Below, piece after piece: positions 1 to 10,370 of a stretch of DNA of 48,051 nucleotides. The stretch's first letter is position 1. Each line of letters begins with the position of its first letter. A program made the translations under genes and the position numbers. The DNA comes from a virus (taxonomy: Duplodnaviria; Caudoviricetes), in the IMG/VR virus record IMGVR_UViG_3300012663_001434, positions 1 to 48,051 of that record; one strand, given 5' to 3'. The notes below the pieces were generated by a model, which was not told the origin of the DNA, made no database searches, and saw nothing but the letters and a program-made list of their open reading frames with translations.

Positions 1-1
1 G

Positions 2-400
2 TCTATACCTGATTATACTTTTGGTTTATCTGAAGATTCTTACTATGACGTTTATCCATTTAGAGATAAGCATGGAAATTCTGGAATTTATTTTTCCGAT
101 TGCCCTTCATACAAAAAAGAAGACCAATTTGATTGGAAGCTTGGCAAGCCAATTCTTTGTATGTCTGCATTTGGCGGCTTCGCTATTGTAGAGTCTTGGG
201 CATTCAATCAGGTTGAATGGAATGCTGATATTCATTGTGATCATGTTAATATGTGTTTTGATCTGAATAAATATGGAAATATTTATTGTATCCCAAGAAG
301 CAAAGTATATGTTAATGTTGGAACAGAAAAAATAAACGTTGAAAATTGTAAACAAATTTCAGCTAATCAAAAAGAACATTATCTTAAATATTTCTCATGA
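2..400 (+). CDS. Glycosyltransferase-like protein, C-terminal part (5'-truncated by the window)
   Basis: Frame is open from base 2 to TGA at 400; SAFGGFAIV...CDHV resembles the C-terminal motif of GT-A/CAP59-like enzymes; glycan-gene neighbourhood. Confidence 0.5.
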   Translation, partial: SIPDYTFGLSEDSYYDVYPFRDKHGNSGIYFSDCPSYKKEDQFDWKLGKPILCMSAFGGFAIVESWAFNQVEWNADIHCDHVNMCFDLNKYGNIYCIPRSKVYVNVGTEKINVENCKQISANQKEHYLKYFS

Positions 401-1212
401 AAAAAGTAATTTTATTATCTGGTCATAGTCAAAGAGTTTTAGATGAAGGTTTTACAGTAAAACCTTTGATAGAAATTAATAAAAAAATGGTTATTGAATA
501 TGTTGTAGACTCAATCAGAGAAGATTCTGATGAGGATTTTAAAAATTACATTTTTATTGTAAAAAAATCTGACGTAGAGCAATATGGCATAAATAATATT
601 TTATCTGAAAAATTTAATAAATGCTCAGTTATTCAAATAGATGATCATAGAAATGGTCCAGTTTTTTCTGTTTTACAAGTTTCTAATTTAATTAATGATG
701 AAGAAGAAGTTCTTATTTCTTATTGCGATTTATATATTAAATGGAATATATCAAAATTTATAGATTTTGTAAGAAATAATCAATCTGATGGATCATTAGT
801 TTCTCATACTAATTTTCATCCTCATAGAATTAATAATAAATATTTCGCTTATTTAAAAATTAAAGATGAAAATGTATTACAAATAAAAGAAAAATCTTAC
901 TTCACTAATGATCCAGATTCTGAGTTTGCGTCTGGAGGAATTTACTTTTTTAAAAAGGGATCGTATATCAAAAAATATTTTCAACAATTGATAGATTGCA
1001 ATGAAAAAGTAAATAATGAGTTTTATGTCACTTTGGTTTATAATAAAATGATTGATGATAAATTAAAAATAACTCATTTTGATTCTGAGAACTATGTTTG
1101 CTTGGGAACTCCTATGGATGTTAATTTATTTTCTTCTTTTTTGATTGTAAATAAATTTATACCTCATAATTTAATAGAACAGACATCTCAATATTTTAAA
1201 CAATATGAATGA
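397..1212 (+). CDS. Sugar-nucleotidyltransferase (NTP_transferase / GT-A fold)
   Basis: KPLIEINKKMVIEYVV, ISYCD, IKEK, SGGIYFF, NNEFYV, LGTP motifs. Confidence 0.75.
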   Translation: MKKVILLSGHSQRVLDEGFTVKPLIEINKKMVIEYVVDSIREDSDEDFKNYIFIVKKSDVEQYGINNILSEKFNKCSVIQIDDHRNGPVFSVLQVSNLINDEEEVLISYCDLYIKWNISKFIDFVRNNQSDGSLVSHTNFHPHRINNKYFAYLKIKDENVLQIKEKSYFTNDPDSEFASGGIYFFKKGSYIKKYFQQLIDCNEKVNNEFYVTLVYNKMIDDKLKITHFDSENYVCLGTPMDVNLFSSFLIVNKFIPHNLIEQTSQYFKQYE

Positions 1213-1807
1213 AAATGAAATTAGCATAATTTGGATCACAAGAGTATCCGAAGAAGAAGATTTATATTTAAATGAATTTTTAGATAAATTAAAAAATATA
1301 GATTGCGAAAAAATTATTGTTGGACACACTAATATAATAAGAAATGATTTTAGATATATTCCATTTTATGAACTTGGATTAGATTCTATGAAGTTAATTT
1401 GCCATAAAAAAAATATTGGCGTATTAGCATCAACAAAAAAATATTGCTTAGTTCTCCACGCAGATACTTGTCCGCAGCTTTCTTTTTTTGAAAATATCAA
1501 ACAAATATCAATCAATGATAATATGGCTATTTGTCCAGTTGGATTTATTGATAATGGTCAAAGAGGATTAACTTGGTGTATTTATGCTGGAATACATAAA
1601 GATCCAAATGAATCTTTCTCAGACAATAGCTATATTGGGGGATCATGTATTTTTGGATCTAAACAAATGTTTTTAAATAATCCTTGGAACCAGCATTTAA
1701 AGCATGCAGATGAAGAAGATGTTGTATATTCTAGAGATTTACATTCTAATAATGTGATTCAATTATGTAATTCTCAATTAATTATGGAAATGAAAAGATC
1801 TCAATAA
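1205..1807 (+). CDS. GT2-like glycosyltransferase
   Basis: KKNIG...LVLHAD (DxD-like) and EEDV motifs. Confidence 0.6.
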   Translation: MNENEISIIWITRVSEEEDLYLNEFLDKLKNIDCEKIIVGHTNIIRNDFRYIPFYELGLDSMKLICHKKNIGVLASTKKYCLVLHADTCPQLSFFENIKQISINDNMAICPVGFIDNGQRGLTWCIYAGIHKDPNESFSDNSYIGGSCIFGSKQMFLNNPWNQHLKHADEEDVVYSRDLHSNNVIQLCNSQLIMEMKRSQ

Positions 1808-1818
1808 TATAATTAGCT

Positions 1819-2415
1819 ATGTATTCACAAGTTTTTCAAGATGAAGTAGCATATAAGTTATTTAATAAAGGCTTTTATGTAGATATTGGTGCTGGTGATG
1901 GATTTTTCGATCCTAATGGCGGTAATAGTTTATATTTAGAATATAATGGGTGGGATGGCATTTTGATAGAAGGCGATATAGATAGACATTTTTTTTCTAA
2001 ACTAAATAGAAAGGGAAAATCTATTCATGCAATGATTCCAGAAGTCAGCATAAAATCTATATTAATCGATAATAATTGCCCAAGAGAAATTGACTATTTA
2101 TCAATTGATATTGAGCCGTCTAGTTTAATAGCATTAAAAAATTTTCCATTTGAAGATTTTTGTTTTAAATTTTTGACTTTTGAGCATGATTTATATGTAT
2201 CGAATGATAATTTATTACAAAAAGAAGAGTCTTATAGAATATTAAATTCCATGGGATATGTAAGAATGGCTGAAGATGTTTGCACTCCACATAGTGATAA
2301 TGAATATTTTGAAGACTGGTGGATTAATCCAAGATTTTTTTCACAAGATTTCATTAAAAACAACAAATTCTTTCGTAAAAACGGCGATTATATTTTATCA
2401 AATATTCAAATATGA
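1819..2415 (+). CDS. FkbM-family SAM-dependent methyltransferase
   Basis: YSQ..QD, FYVDIGAGDG, GWDGILIE, IDYLSIDIE, FEH motifs. Confidence 0.8.
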   Translation: MYSQVFQDEVAYKLFNKGFYVDIGAGDGFFDPNGGNSLYLEYNGWDGILIEGDIDRHFFSKLNRKGKSIHAMIPEVSIKSILIDNNCPREIDYLSIDIEPSSLIALKNFPFEDFCFKFLTFEHDLYVSNDNLLQKEESYRILNSMGYVRMAEDVCTPHSDNEYFEDWWINPRFFSQDFIKNNKFFRKNGDYILSNIQI

Positions 2416-3500
2416 AAAAAGTAATCATTACAGGAGTAACTGGTCAAGATGGCAGCTTTATGGCTGATTATCTCTTGAAAAATACGGAGCATATCATCAT
2501 TGCTGGAGCGCGAAGACTCAGCGTGATCAATCATAAAAATATAGATCATTTAAAAAATAACCCTAGATTCAAGCTCATTGATCTAGACATCACTGACTCA
2601 CAAAATGTCGAAGAAGTAATCAGAACAGAAAAGCCAGATTATTTTATCAACTTTGCGGCGAACTCTTTTGTTGGAAATAGCTGGACAATGCCAGCTAATC
2701 ATATGCTCACAAACTGCATGGCAGTTCTTTATCAACTTGAAGCTATTCGCAAGTTCGCGCCAAATTGTCGCTATTACAATGCTGGCTCTTCTGAGGAGTT
2801 TGGAGACGTTGTGACTGTTCCTCAGTCAGAGTCTCATCCATTGCGTCCACGAAGTCCTTATGGTGCAGCCAAAGCTTCAGCAAGGCACCTTGTAAAAGTT
2901 TACAGAGAGTCATATGGTTTGTATGCTGTTCAAGGATGGCTTTTCAATCACGAAGGCACTCGTCGCGGCGAAGAATTCGTAACCAGAAAAATTACTAAAG
3001 CTGTTGCTCGTATTAAAAAAGCAATAGATTCATCAGAAGCTTATGATCTTTTGGAGCTTGGCAATATTGATTCTACGAGAGATTGGAGTGACGCGGAAGA
3101 TTTCGTTGATGGTGTTTGGAAAATGCTAAATCAAGAAAAATTCTGGCAAGTGCCAACCGAAGTAGCAGAAGATAAACTTCATCTTTTTATTGAAGAATAC
3201 GTTCTTTCTTCTAATGAAACTCATAGCATCCGCGAATTCGTTGAACTGGCATTTGCCGCAGCAGGTATCGAAGGTTACTGGCAAGGCACTGGACTAGATG
3301 AAATGTTCTTACAAAAAGAAACTGGTAGAGTATTGATGTCAATCAATCAAAAGTTCTATCGCCCAGCCGAAGTTGACATTCTGTATGGAGATTCAACAAA
3401 AGCCAGAGAAGAATTAGGTTGGAGCCCAAAAACTTCTTTCCAAAATCTTGTTGACAAAATGGTAAAGCATGATATAAATGAGTATCATGGCCAAATCTAA
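2412..3500 (+). CDS. gmd: GDP-mannose 4,6-dehydratase
   Basis: ITGVTGQDG, SSEEFG, PRSPYGAAK, FNHE, FVTRKIT, RDW, YRPAEV. Confidence 0.95.
   Translation: MKKVIITGVTGQDGSFMADYLLKNTEHIIIAGARRLSVINHKNIDHLKNNPRFKLIDLDITDSQNVEEVIRTEKPDYFINFAANSFVGNSWTMPANHMLTNCMAVLYQLEAIRKFAPNCRYYNAGSSEEFGDVVTVPQSESHPLRPRSPYGAAKASARHLVKVYRESYGLYAVQGWLFNHEGTRRGEEFVTRKITKAVARIKKAIDSSEAYDLLELGNIDSTRDWSDAEDFVDGVWKMLNQEKFWQVPTEVAEDKLHLFIEEYVLSSNETHSIREFVELAFAAAGIEGYWQGTGLDEMFLQKETGRVLMSINQKFYRPAEVDILYGDSTKAREELGWSPKTSFQNLVDKMVKHDINEYHGQI
3451..3478 (+). promoter_or_regulatory. sigma70-type promoter (TTGACA-16-TATAAA)
   Basis: Consensus -35; -10 ends 8 nt before ATG 3487. Confidence 0.5.
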
Positions 3501-3837
3501 GATCAATAAAAAACACATTCTGGCTAGACTAACGCTTGTTCCTTTGAGGGACAAGCGTATGTTTTATATGCGAGAGATGAAATTTTTAAACGATTTATGC
3601 GAAAGGTATTCGCTGGAATTTATGAACGTCGTGTCTTTTGACAGAAAGTTTGATTCGCTCGCATACATTGTCTGCGATAAACTCAAAGAAACATTAGATC
3701 AAAAGTTCCGAGCATTCAATTATTCTATTGATCTTTCCCGCTATGAAACTTATAATCTTGGGGATAAGATTGGTGAAGACGTTCAAGTTCCACGCCAACC
3801 AAAAACAATCAAACAATTTTTAAATGAGCAAGACTAA
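3487..3837 (+). CDS. Hypothetical protein
   Basis: ORF overlapping both gmd and the recA-like gene. Confidence 0.7.
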   Translation: MAKSKINKKHILARLTLVPLRDKRMFYMREMKFLNDLCERYSLEFMNVVSFDRKFDSLAYIVCDKLKETLDQKFRAFNYSIDLSRYETYNLGDKIGEDVQVPRQPKTIKQFLNEQD

Positions 3838-4957
3838 AGAAAAAGAAATTCAAAAATCAAGCGATATTCTCAGTTCGTTCTTGAAGCAAAACTCTCAAGA
3901 TCATTACAACTTCGAACAAGAAATCGATTATAAGGTATCCAGCGGATCGCTACAATTAGATCTTCATTTGGGCGGCGGTTTAGGGCCAGGTCTTCACCGA
4001 TTTTGCGGTATGAATGAAGGCGGAAAGACAAGTTCTGCGCTTTCTTTCATGAAGAACTTTTTGGAAAATACCCCCAAATCAAAAGGTTTTTATATCAAAG
4101 CCGAAGGTCGTCTTTCTAAAGAAATGAGAGAAAGATCTGGTGTTAATTTTGTATTCAGTGCAGAGGAATGGGTCGAAGGAACGTGCTTTGTATTTGAAAG
4201 CAATATCTACGAAACTGTTGTCGATGCTATGCGCCAACTTGTAGCCAAGAATGACGAGGGCAATGTTTACTTCTTCTTGCTGGATTCCGTAGACGGTTTG
4301 ATTTCCAAGGGAGATCTTGATAAAGGGTTTGAAGATTCAAACAAGGTTGCTGGTGGCGCAGTTATTGCCGCGAATTTCATGAAGAGATTATCTATTGCTT
4401 TAGCAAAGCGAGGACACTTGGCAATTTTCATTAGTCAGGTTCGTGCCGACATTAAATTAGATCCATACTCCAAAGCGCCTGTTCGCCAAACTTCCGCAAC
4501 TGGAGGCAACGCTCTACTGCACTTTGCAAACTTCATCTTGGAATTTGAACCGAGATACAAGGGTGATCTGATCCTTAAAAATCCATCAGATAAAGTAATC
4601 GATGCAACAAACAATCCTGTAATTGGACATTATGCGAAAGTCACAGTCAAGAAATCTCCGAACGAGAAGACTAACTTGACCATTCCTTATCCAATTAAAT
4701 ATGGACGCACAAATGGTAACTCTGTTTGGATCGAAAAAGAAGTTGTGGACTTATTATTCCTGTGGGAATTCTTGGTCAGAAAAGCTTCTTGGATTTCAGC
4801 CACTGAAGAATTTGATGAATTGCTTCAAGAAAATAACTTCGAAAAATTTGAAAAAGTGCAAGGACAAGATGCGCTATTCTCTTATATCGAAAATAATAAG
4901 CCATTGTGTGATTTCTTAGTTACGTATTTCAAAAAAGCTATCGCTAATGAAGTTTAA
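3824..4957 (+). CDS. recA: RecA/UvsX-like recombinase
   Basis: SSGSLQLDLHLGGG, Walker A GMNEGGKTS, LLDSV, FISQVR, TGGNALLH. Confidence 0.88.
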   Translation: MSKTKEKEIQKSSDILSSFLKQNSQDHYNFEQEIDYKVSSGSLQLDLHLGGGLGPGLHRFCGMNEGGKTSSALSFMKNFLENTPKSKGFYIKAEGRLSKEMRERSGVNFVFSAEEWVEGTCFVFESNIYETVVDAMRQLVAKNDEGNVYFFLLDSVDGLISKGDLDKGFEDSNKVAGGAVIAANFMKRLSIALAKRGHLAIFISQVRADIKLDPYSKAPVRQTSATGGNALLHFANFILEFEPRYKGDLILKNPSDKVIDATNNPVIGHYAKVTVKKSPNEKTNLTIPYPIKYGRTNGNSVWIEKEVVDLLFLWEFLVRKASWISATEEFDELLQENNFEKFEKVQGQDALFSYIENNKPLCDFLVTYFKKAIANEV

Positions 4958-5354
4958 AACATTGACTGGTTCTAGTGCCGAACTAAAGAATCCTAAAAAA
5001 TATCTGATCAATTGGACTGGCAAAAGCAGGAGTAAATTCCAGTATTCTGTAAAGGAGTTTTTGCAACCGTATTGGAGAACTGATATTGTTTTTGAAGAGC
5101 TAAAACTAGTTGGCACTAGAATGTCATTTGATTTCTACAATGCGAATAAAAAAATTGCGGTAGAGGTCCAAGGTCAGCAGCATACTAAATATATAAAATT
5201 CTTTCACGGCAATCGCGCTAAATATTTAGAGCAGTTAAAAAGAGACGATAAAAAAATGCGTTTCTGTGAAATGAACGGTATTTGCTTGGTAGAAATTTAC
5301 CCAAACGATTTGGTTTCTACTGAGCTTTTTGAGAGTTTTGGGGTGATTTTGTAA
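4947..5354 (+). CDS. PD-(D/E)XK nuclease, DUF559/Vsr-like
   Basis: FDFY...IAVEVQGQQH...RDDKK...C..NGI motif. Confidence 0.7.
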   Translation: MKFKTLTGSSAELKNPKKYLINWTGKSRSKFQYSVKEFLQPYWRTDIVFEELKLVGTRMSFDFYNANKKIAVEVQGQQHTKYIKFFHGNRAKYLEQLKRDDKKMRFCEMNGICLVEIYPNDLVSTELFESFGVIL

Positions 5355-5382
5355 TTGACAATCTCGCACATCTTGATATGAT
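5355..5382 (+). promoter_or_regulatory. sigma70-type promoter (TTGACA-16-TATGAT), likely leaderless dnaB mRNA
   Basis: -10 ends 5 nt before ATG 5388. Confidence 0.6.
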
Positions 5383-5387
5383 TTGGC

Positions 5388-6896
5388 ATGATCTATAACC
5401 TTGAGCTAGAAAAACAACTTCTCGCTGCGCTAATCAAAGAACCAGAAAGCTATTCTGAGATTTCTAACTTCATTGATTCTAAGGATTTTTATTCCGAAGA
5501 TTCGAATCTGCACAGCACAATTTTTACAATTATTAAGCAGGCAATTGATGCTGGAGAGCAAGTTGACGAGGTTATTATCGCCCAGCGTGTCGGCTCATTG
5601 GGGCTCTCATTTGAGGACCGTGTGAATCCATCTGATTATATCCGCTCTCTTGCTTTGAGAAAGGTTCCAAAGGGCAATCTTCTCAAGACCGCAAGGGAGC
5701 TTAAAAAATTCACGATTCGTAGAGAAATCTTTGAGTCTGCGCAAGAGGTAGCCAAAAAGATGAAGGCTATCAGTCCAGAAACAAATTACTCGCAGATCAT
5801 TGAAACTGCCGATAACATTTATAACTCACGCATTAATTTGTATGAGATCGGCAATGACGTTCCAGAAAACATCTATGATGAAATGGAAGCTTTGATTGAA
5901 GAAAGGGGAAACAATCCAATCAAAGAATTCGGCATGATGGGGCCGCATAAAAAAATCAATGAAATCTATGGTTCTCTACTACGACCTGGAAATATTACTG
6001 TTGTTGTAGCACGTTCTGGTGTTGGTAAGACTCAGTGGTGCATGGATTTTAGCACCAAGGTCGCGATTGATTATGATATTCCAGTTTTGCATTTCGATAA
6101 CGGAGAAATGAGCAAAGAGGAATTGATCATGCGTCAATGCGCAGCGATCACAGGAGTTCCAATGCATCTTTTGGAAACTGGTGATTGGCGCAGGGCTGGA
6201 CAAGATGTTGTTAATAAGGTCCGCGATGCTTGGCCAAAAATCAAGAAGATGAAATTCTTCTATTACAATGTCGGCGGCATGGATGTTGATTCGATGCTCA
6301 AGGTATTGAGAAGATTCTACTACGGCAAAGTCGGTCGAGGAAACAAAATGATTTTCTCATTCGACTATATCAAAACAACCTCAGAAGCCGCTGGCGGCAA
6401 GAATGAATGGCAAGTTGTTGGCGAGATGGTTGATAAATTTAAAAAATGCATTCAAAAAGAAATCCTACATGAAGGAAATCCAATCATTGCAATGATCACT
6501 TCTGTTCAATCAAATAGAAGTGGTATCACAAACAATCGTCAGTCTCAAAATATTATTGATGATGAAAGTATTGTTTCTCTTTCTGACCGAATTACTCAGT
6601 TCTGTTCTCACATGTTTATTTTGAGAAATAAAACTGCTGACGAAATTGAAACTGAAGGACGTTCATTTGGAACTCATAAATTCATTAATGTTAAAGCTCG
6701 ACACTTGGGCAAAGATATTGCTGGAGCAGTTGAACCTGTCCGAATTGGAGATACGCTTAGAAAGAATTTTATCAATTTGGAATTCAAAAATTTCTGTATC
6801 ACAGAAAGAGGAGACTTGCGCGATATTGCAAGAGCAGCAGAAGGAAACCTAGACCTAGAAGAAAATGACGGAGACGAAATCCCAGACTTCAATTGA
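5388..6896 (+). CDS. dnaB: Replicative DNA helicase
   Basis: DnaB N-terminal ELEKQLLAALI; Walker A ARSGVGKT; EMS, FDYI, QSNR, KARH. Confidence 0.9.
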   Translation: MIYNLELEKQLLAALIKEPESYSEISNFIDSKDFYSEDSNLHSTIFTIIKQAIDAGEQVDEVIIAQRVGSLGLSFEDRVNPSDYIRSLALRKVPKGNLLKTARELKKFTIRREIFESAQEVAKKMKAISPETNYSQIIETADNIYNSRINLYEIGNDVPENIYDEMEALIEERGNNPIKEFGMMGPHKKINEIYGSLLRPGNITVVVARSGVGKTQWCMDFSTKVAIDYDIPVLHFDNGEMSKEELIMRQCAAITGVPMHLLETGDWRRAGQDVVNKVRDAWPKIKKMKFFYYNVGGMDVDSMLKVLRRFYYGKVGRGNKMIFSFDYIKTTSEAAGGKNEWQVVGEMVDKFKKCIQKEILHEGNPIIAMITSVQSNRSGITNNRQSQNIIDDESIVSLSDRITQFCSHMFILRNKTADEIETEGRSFGTHKFINVKARHLGKDIAGAVEPVRIGDTLRKNFINLEFKNFCITERGDLRDIARAAEGNLDLEENDGDEIPDFN

Positions 6897-7941
6897 TCCA
6901 TCTCAAATCCAATCTGTTTTAGAAACACTTGGATACAAGCTATTGGATTTTGGCAATCATTGGAGAACGCGAGCTATTTTTCGCGGAGGAGTTAATAATA
7001 CATCCGTTCAGATTTATAAAAACTCTGGCGTATGGACAGATTTCTCATCTGGAAATAAAGCCTTGCCTTTTGAAAAATTGCTTCAGTTGACTTTGGCCAC
7101 TGATCAGAAAAAGCTTAAAGAAATTCTATCCTCTCTAAAAAAGTCGGACGAATTTGTATATACAAAAAAAGAAACTATCGAAATAGAAGAAATTTATCCA
7201 GAATCAATCCTTGAGAAGCTTTTCCCAAATTATAACTTTTATATCAAAAAGAATATTTCAGAAAAGACTTTGAAATTTTATAAAACAGGTCTTGCTGGTG
7301 CTGGTAAGATGTATCGACGCATGGTGTTTCCAATTTATAATGAACATAAACAAATCGTCGGATTCAGCGGTCGTAAAATTGACGAAGGCAATGATCAGGT
7401 TCCAAAGTGGAAGCATTTGGGCAAGCGCAGGAATTGGGTTTATCCAGCTATGATTCCTAACGAAGAATCCGTGGATGCAATAATTAAACAAAAGCAAGAA
7501 GTTATTCTTGTCGAAAGTATTGGAGATAGTATGGCGCTTTATGAACAAGGCATCAAGAATACTCTAGTCACTTTCGGTATTGGATGCAGCCCTGCTGTAA
7601 TTGCTTATTTAAATTCTTTCCCAATCAAGAAAATCACCATCGCTGGCAACAATGATTTCCGTTCGGCGGCAAATCATGGATACAATGGCACTATTAAAAT
7701 TCTAATGTCTCTTAGGACTTATTTTGATTTTGATTCCCTAGAGATCAAGCTGCCGCCTTATCCATATAATGACTTTTTTGAAGCTCATCAGGCTGGCATC
7801 AATTTGAATGATTGGCATGATTCTAGTTTAGATCGAAAACAATATATGGAAGATCTCAAAGAATACGTTACTAAATACATGACGTTCTTCAAACAAAAGG
7901 ACGTTGAATCATTACTAAAAACAATTTCAAATCATGAGTGA
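6865..7941 (+). CDS. DnaG-like DNA primase (TOPRIM)
   Basis: RMVFPIYN..IVGFSGR..PKW; TOPRIM LVESIGDSMAL; follows dnaB. Confidence 0.8.
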   Translation: MTETKSQTSIDPSQIQSVLETLGYKLLDFGNHWRTRAIFRGGVNNTSVQIYKNSGVWTDFSSGNKALPFEKLLQLTLATDQKKLKEILSSLKKSDEFVYTKKETIEIEEIYPESILEKLFPNYNFYIKKNISEKTLKFYKTGLAGAGKMYRRMVFPIYNEHKQIVGFSGRKIDEGNDQVPKWKHLGKRRNWVYPAMIPNEESVDAIIKQKQEVILVESIGDSMALYEQGIKNTLVTFGIGCSPAVIAYLNSFPIKKITIAGNNDFRSAANHGYNGTIKILMSLRTYFDFDSLEIKLPPYPYNDFFEAHQAGINLNDWHDSSLDRKQYMEDLKEYVTKYMTFFKQKDVESLLKTISNHE

Positions 7942-8968
7942 ACCAATTACCCCTCTATCTGCAAGTAGAATCAAAACAGCACAGTCTTGCAGTTGGCTGT
8001 ATTGGTCTAAATACAAACTCAATTTGCCAGACGCATCTAACGATGGCGCAAAAAGAGGCTCGATTTGCCACTTGATTTTCGAATTACTTGGAGAGCCAAA
8101 AAGAAAAAAGATATACGACAAAATCGTCAAATCAAAGGATGTTTTTGCGGTCGCATCTATTGAGCGTCTTATTCGTAAGCATGCCAAAAAATCAGAGGTA
8201 GATGATCAAGAAAACATAGATCTCATCAAGGAGATGACCTTGAATGGATTGATGTATGACTTCTATGGAGATAAAAATGACAAACCAACACACGCCCTTT
8301 CTGAAAAAGATTTCGAAATCGTCGTCAATACCGAAGAAAAAAAATACAAAATCAAAGGATTCATTGACAAACTATTTCTTTACAAGAAGAAGAAGAGCGC
8401 ATTGATCCGTGACTTCAAAAGCAGTAAGCAAAAATTCAAGGGCAAAGAAGTCTCTGATAACTTGCAGGATTACATGTATAGCCTTGCAGTTAAGCATCTG
8501 TATCCAGAATATACAAATAGAATCAGTGAGTTTCTATTTTTGAAGTTTAATTTGGATGATGGCGATTCTGAATCCGAAGGCGCAATTCAAATGAGTGCTA
8601 TTTCAGAAGATGATTTAGAGGGATTTGAATATCAGCTTTCTGGAATTCAAGAATATCTTGATAACTTCTCTGAAGAAGATGCTGTAAATAATTTTGCTGC
8701 TAGTCAGCCATACCCATCTGACAATTCATTCAGCGGTCCATTGCAGTGCGGTTTTGCAAAACAAAAAGGTCAGCTTAAAAAAGATGGCACGCCAATGTGG
8801 CACTGCCCAATGAAGTTTGATTTTGATTATTATGCAGTAATAAATGCAGAAGGAAAGCATGTGAAATCCTATTTTGAAAAAGAATTTGATGAGTCAATGG
8901 TTCCAGAAAATCACACATTTGAAAAGCGTTATTATGCTGGTTGTCCGAAGTATCAGAAAAGGTATTGA
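7934..8968 (+). CDS. RecB-family PD-(D/E)XK exonuclease
   Basis: LSASRIK..C, GSICH, KGFIDKL, IRDFKSSK, Q..MY; C-terminal Cys residues. Confidence 0.8.
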   Translation: MSEPITPLSASRIKTAQSCSWLYWSKYKLNLPDASNDGAKRGSICHLIFELLGEPKRKKIYDKIVKSKDVFAVASIERLIRKHAKKSEVDDQENIDLIKEMTLNGLMYDFYGDKNDKPTHALSEKDFEIVVNTEEKKYKIKGFIDKLFLYKKKKSALIRDFKSSKQKFKGKEVSDNLQDYMYSLAVKHLYPEYTNRISEFLFLKFNLDDGDSESEGAIQMSAISEDDLEGFEYQLSGIQEYLDNFSEEDAVNNFAASQPYPSDNSFSGPLQCGFAKQKGQLKKDGTPMWHCPMKFDFDYYAVINAEGKHVKSYFEKEFDESMVPENHTFEKRYYAGCPKYQKRY

Positions 8969-8992
8969 CAACGCAAATATTTGCGCTAAAAT
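8965..8992 (+). promoter_or_regulatory. sigma70-type promoter (TTGACA-16-TAAAAT)
   Basis: -10 ends 8 nt before ATG 9001. Confidence 0.6.
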
Positions 8993-9000
8993 GGCTTTGC

Positions 9001-9756
9001 ATGATTCCTATTTTTAAATCAACATACTCAATAGGAAAAAGTATTTTAACTCTGGATCATCCCGACAAGGTTTCGAGCGATGGTCCAGATAGTATTTTTT
9101 CTATAGCAAAAGACAATAATCTTTCAACGGTTTATCTTGTTGAAGATTCAATGGTCGGATTTTTTGATGCATTCAAGAAGTGCCAAGAACTGGGCCTGCA
9201 ATTATGCTTTGGATACAGATTCACTTGCTGCAACGATTATGAAAATAGCGATTCGAATCATAAGCTAATTGCTTTCGCAAAAAACGATCAAGGATGCAAA
9301 GATTTGAACCGTTTTTACAGCTTCGTAAATACACAGCACGCTGGAAGAATCAGTGACAAAGACTTGGTTAAATTATGGACCGACAACATGCTTCTTGTCG
9401 TGCCATTTTATGATTCATTTATTTTTAATAATCATTTCTGCTTGGGAAACTGCATTCCAGATTTCAAATCTCTTCCAGCGATTTTTTTGATTGAAAGCAA
9501 CGGATTGCCTTTCGACAATATGATTGAAAAAGCAGTCAAAGAGTATACCGCTGGTAATTCTCTGTATGAAATTGAGCCAGCTAAATCTATCTATTACCGC
9601 TACAAAGCTGATGTAGAAGCTTATCAAACTTATAAGATTTTATGCAACCGAACTTTCGGTAAGCAAGCTACTTTATCTTCTCCTAACCTTAACCATTTCG
9701 GCAGTGACGAATTCTGCTGGGAATCCTTCAAAGAACAATGCGCTCAGAACTCCTAA
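9001..9756 (+). CDS. Stand-alone PHP domain of DNA polymerase III alpha
   Basis: FKSTYSIGKSIL, LVEDSMVGF, LIAFAKNDQGCKDL match the DnaE PHP N-terminus. Confidence 0.75.
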   Translation: MIPIFKSTYSIGKSILTLDHPDKVSSDGPDSIFSIAKDNNLSTVYLVEDSMVGFFDAFKKCQELGLQLCFGYRFTCCNDYENSDSNHKLIAFAKNDQGCKDLNRFYSFVNTQHAGRISDKDLVKLWTDNMLLVVPFYDSFIFNNHFCLGNCIPDFKSLPAIFLIESNGLPFDNMIEKAVKEYTAGNSLYEIEPAKSIYYRYKADVEAYQTYKILCNRTFGKQATLSSPNLNHFGSDEFCWESFKEQCAQNS

Positions 9757-10370
9757 GATTTAAAAACAAGCAAAAATACCTTATTTTTGATACAGAAACA
9801 GAAGGTCTTAATCTTGTAAAGTCTCGACCATGGCAGATCGCTTGGATTGTTGCGGAAGGAAAGAATATCATTTCTAAAAATGATCGATTCATCAAGTGGG
9901 ACGATTTAAAAGTTTCAGAAGGCGCGGCAAAAATCACTGGATTCACAGAGCAAGAATATCAGCGTCGAGCAGAAGATCCAAAAAAGGTTTGGGCTGATTT
10001 TTCTAAATATCTTTTTGATCCAGAATACATCATCATTGGCCAAAATCTATTAGGCTTTGATGTTTACATGTTGAATGTTTGGATGAAGGGTATTGGTATG
10101 AATACTGATTATTCATACATCGATAGAATTATTGACACAAAATCTATTGCTACAGCAATTTTCAAAAACATCCTTCCAGAAAAAAACAACTTTTCATCTT
10201 GGCAGTATAAGCTTTTGAATCATAAAGAAAAGGGACTCAAGACTTCTCAGTTGACCCTGCTCAAACATTATGGTATTCCTCACGATCCAAGCAAATTGCA
10301 CGATGCTCTTTATGATATTGAAATGAATTTTCAAATCTTCTTGAAGCAGATTTACGACATTGAAATATGA
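9738..10370 (+). CDS. DEDDh 3'-5' exonuclease (DnaQ/epsilon-like)
   Basis: FDTETEG, GQNLLGFD, HDALYD. Confidence 0.88.
   Translation: MRSELLRFKNKQKYLIFDTETEGLNLVKSRPWQIAWIVAEGKNIISKNDRFIKWDDLKVSEGAAKITGFTEQEYQRRAEDPKKVWADFSKYLFDPEYIIIGQNLLGFDVYMLNVWMKGIGMNTDYSYIDRIIDTKSIATAIFKNILPEKNNFSSWQYKLLNHKEKGLKTSQLTLLKHYGIPHDPSKLHDALYDIEMNFQIFLKQIYDIEI

Noticed and set aside
7934-8968. Cas4 / CRISPR system
   Set aside because: No repeat-spacer array or other cas genes; sits in the replication module
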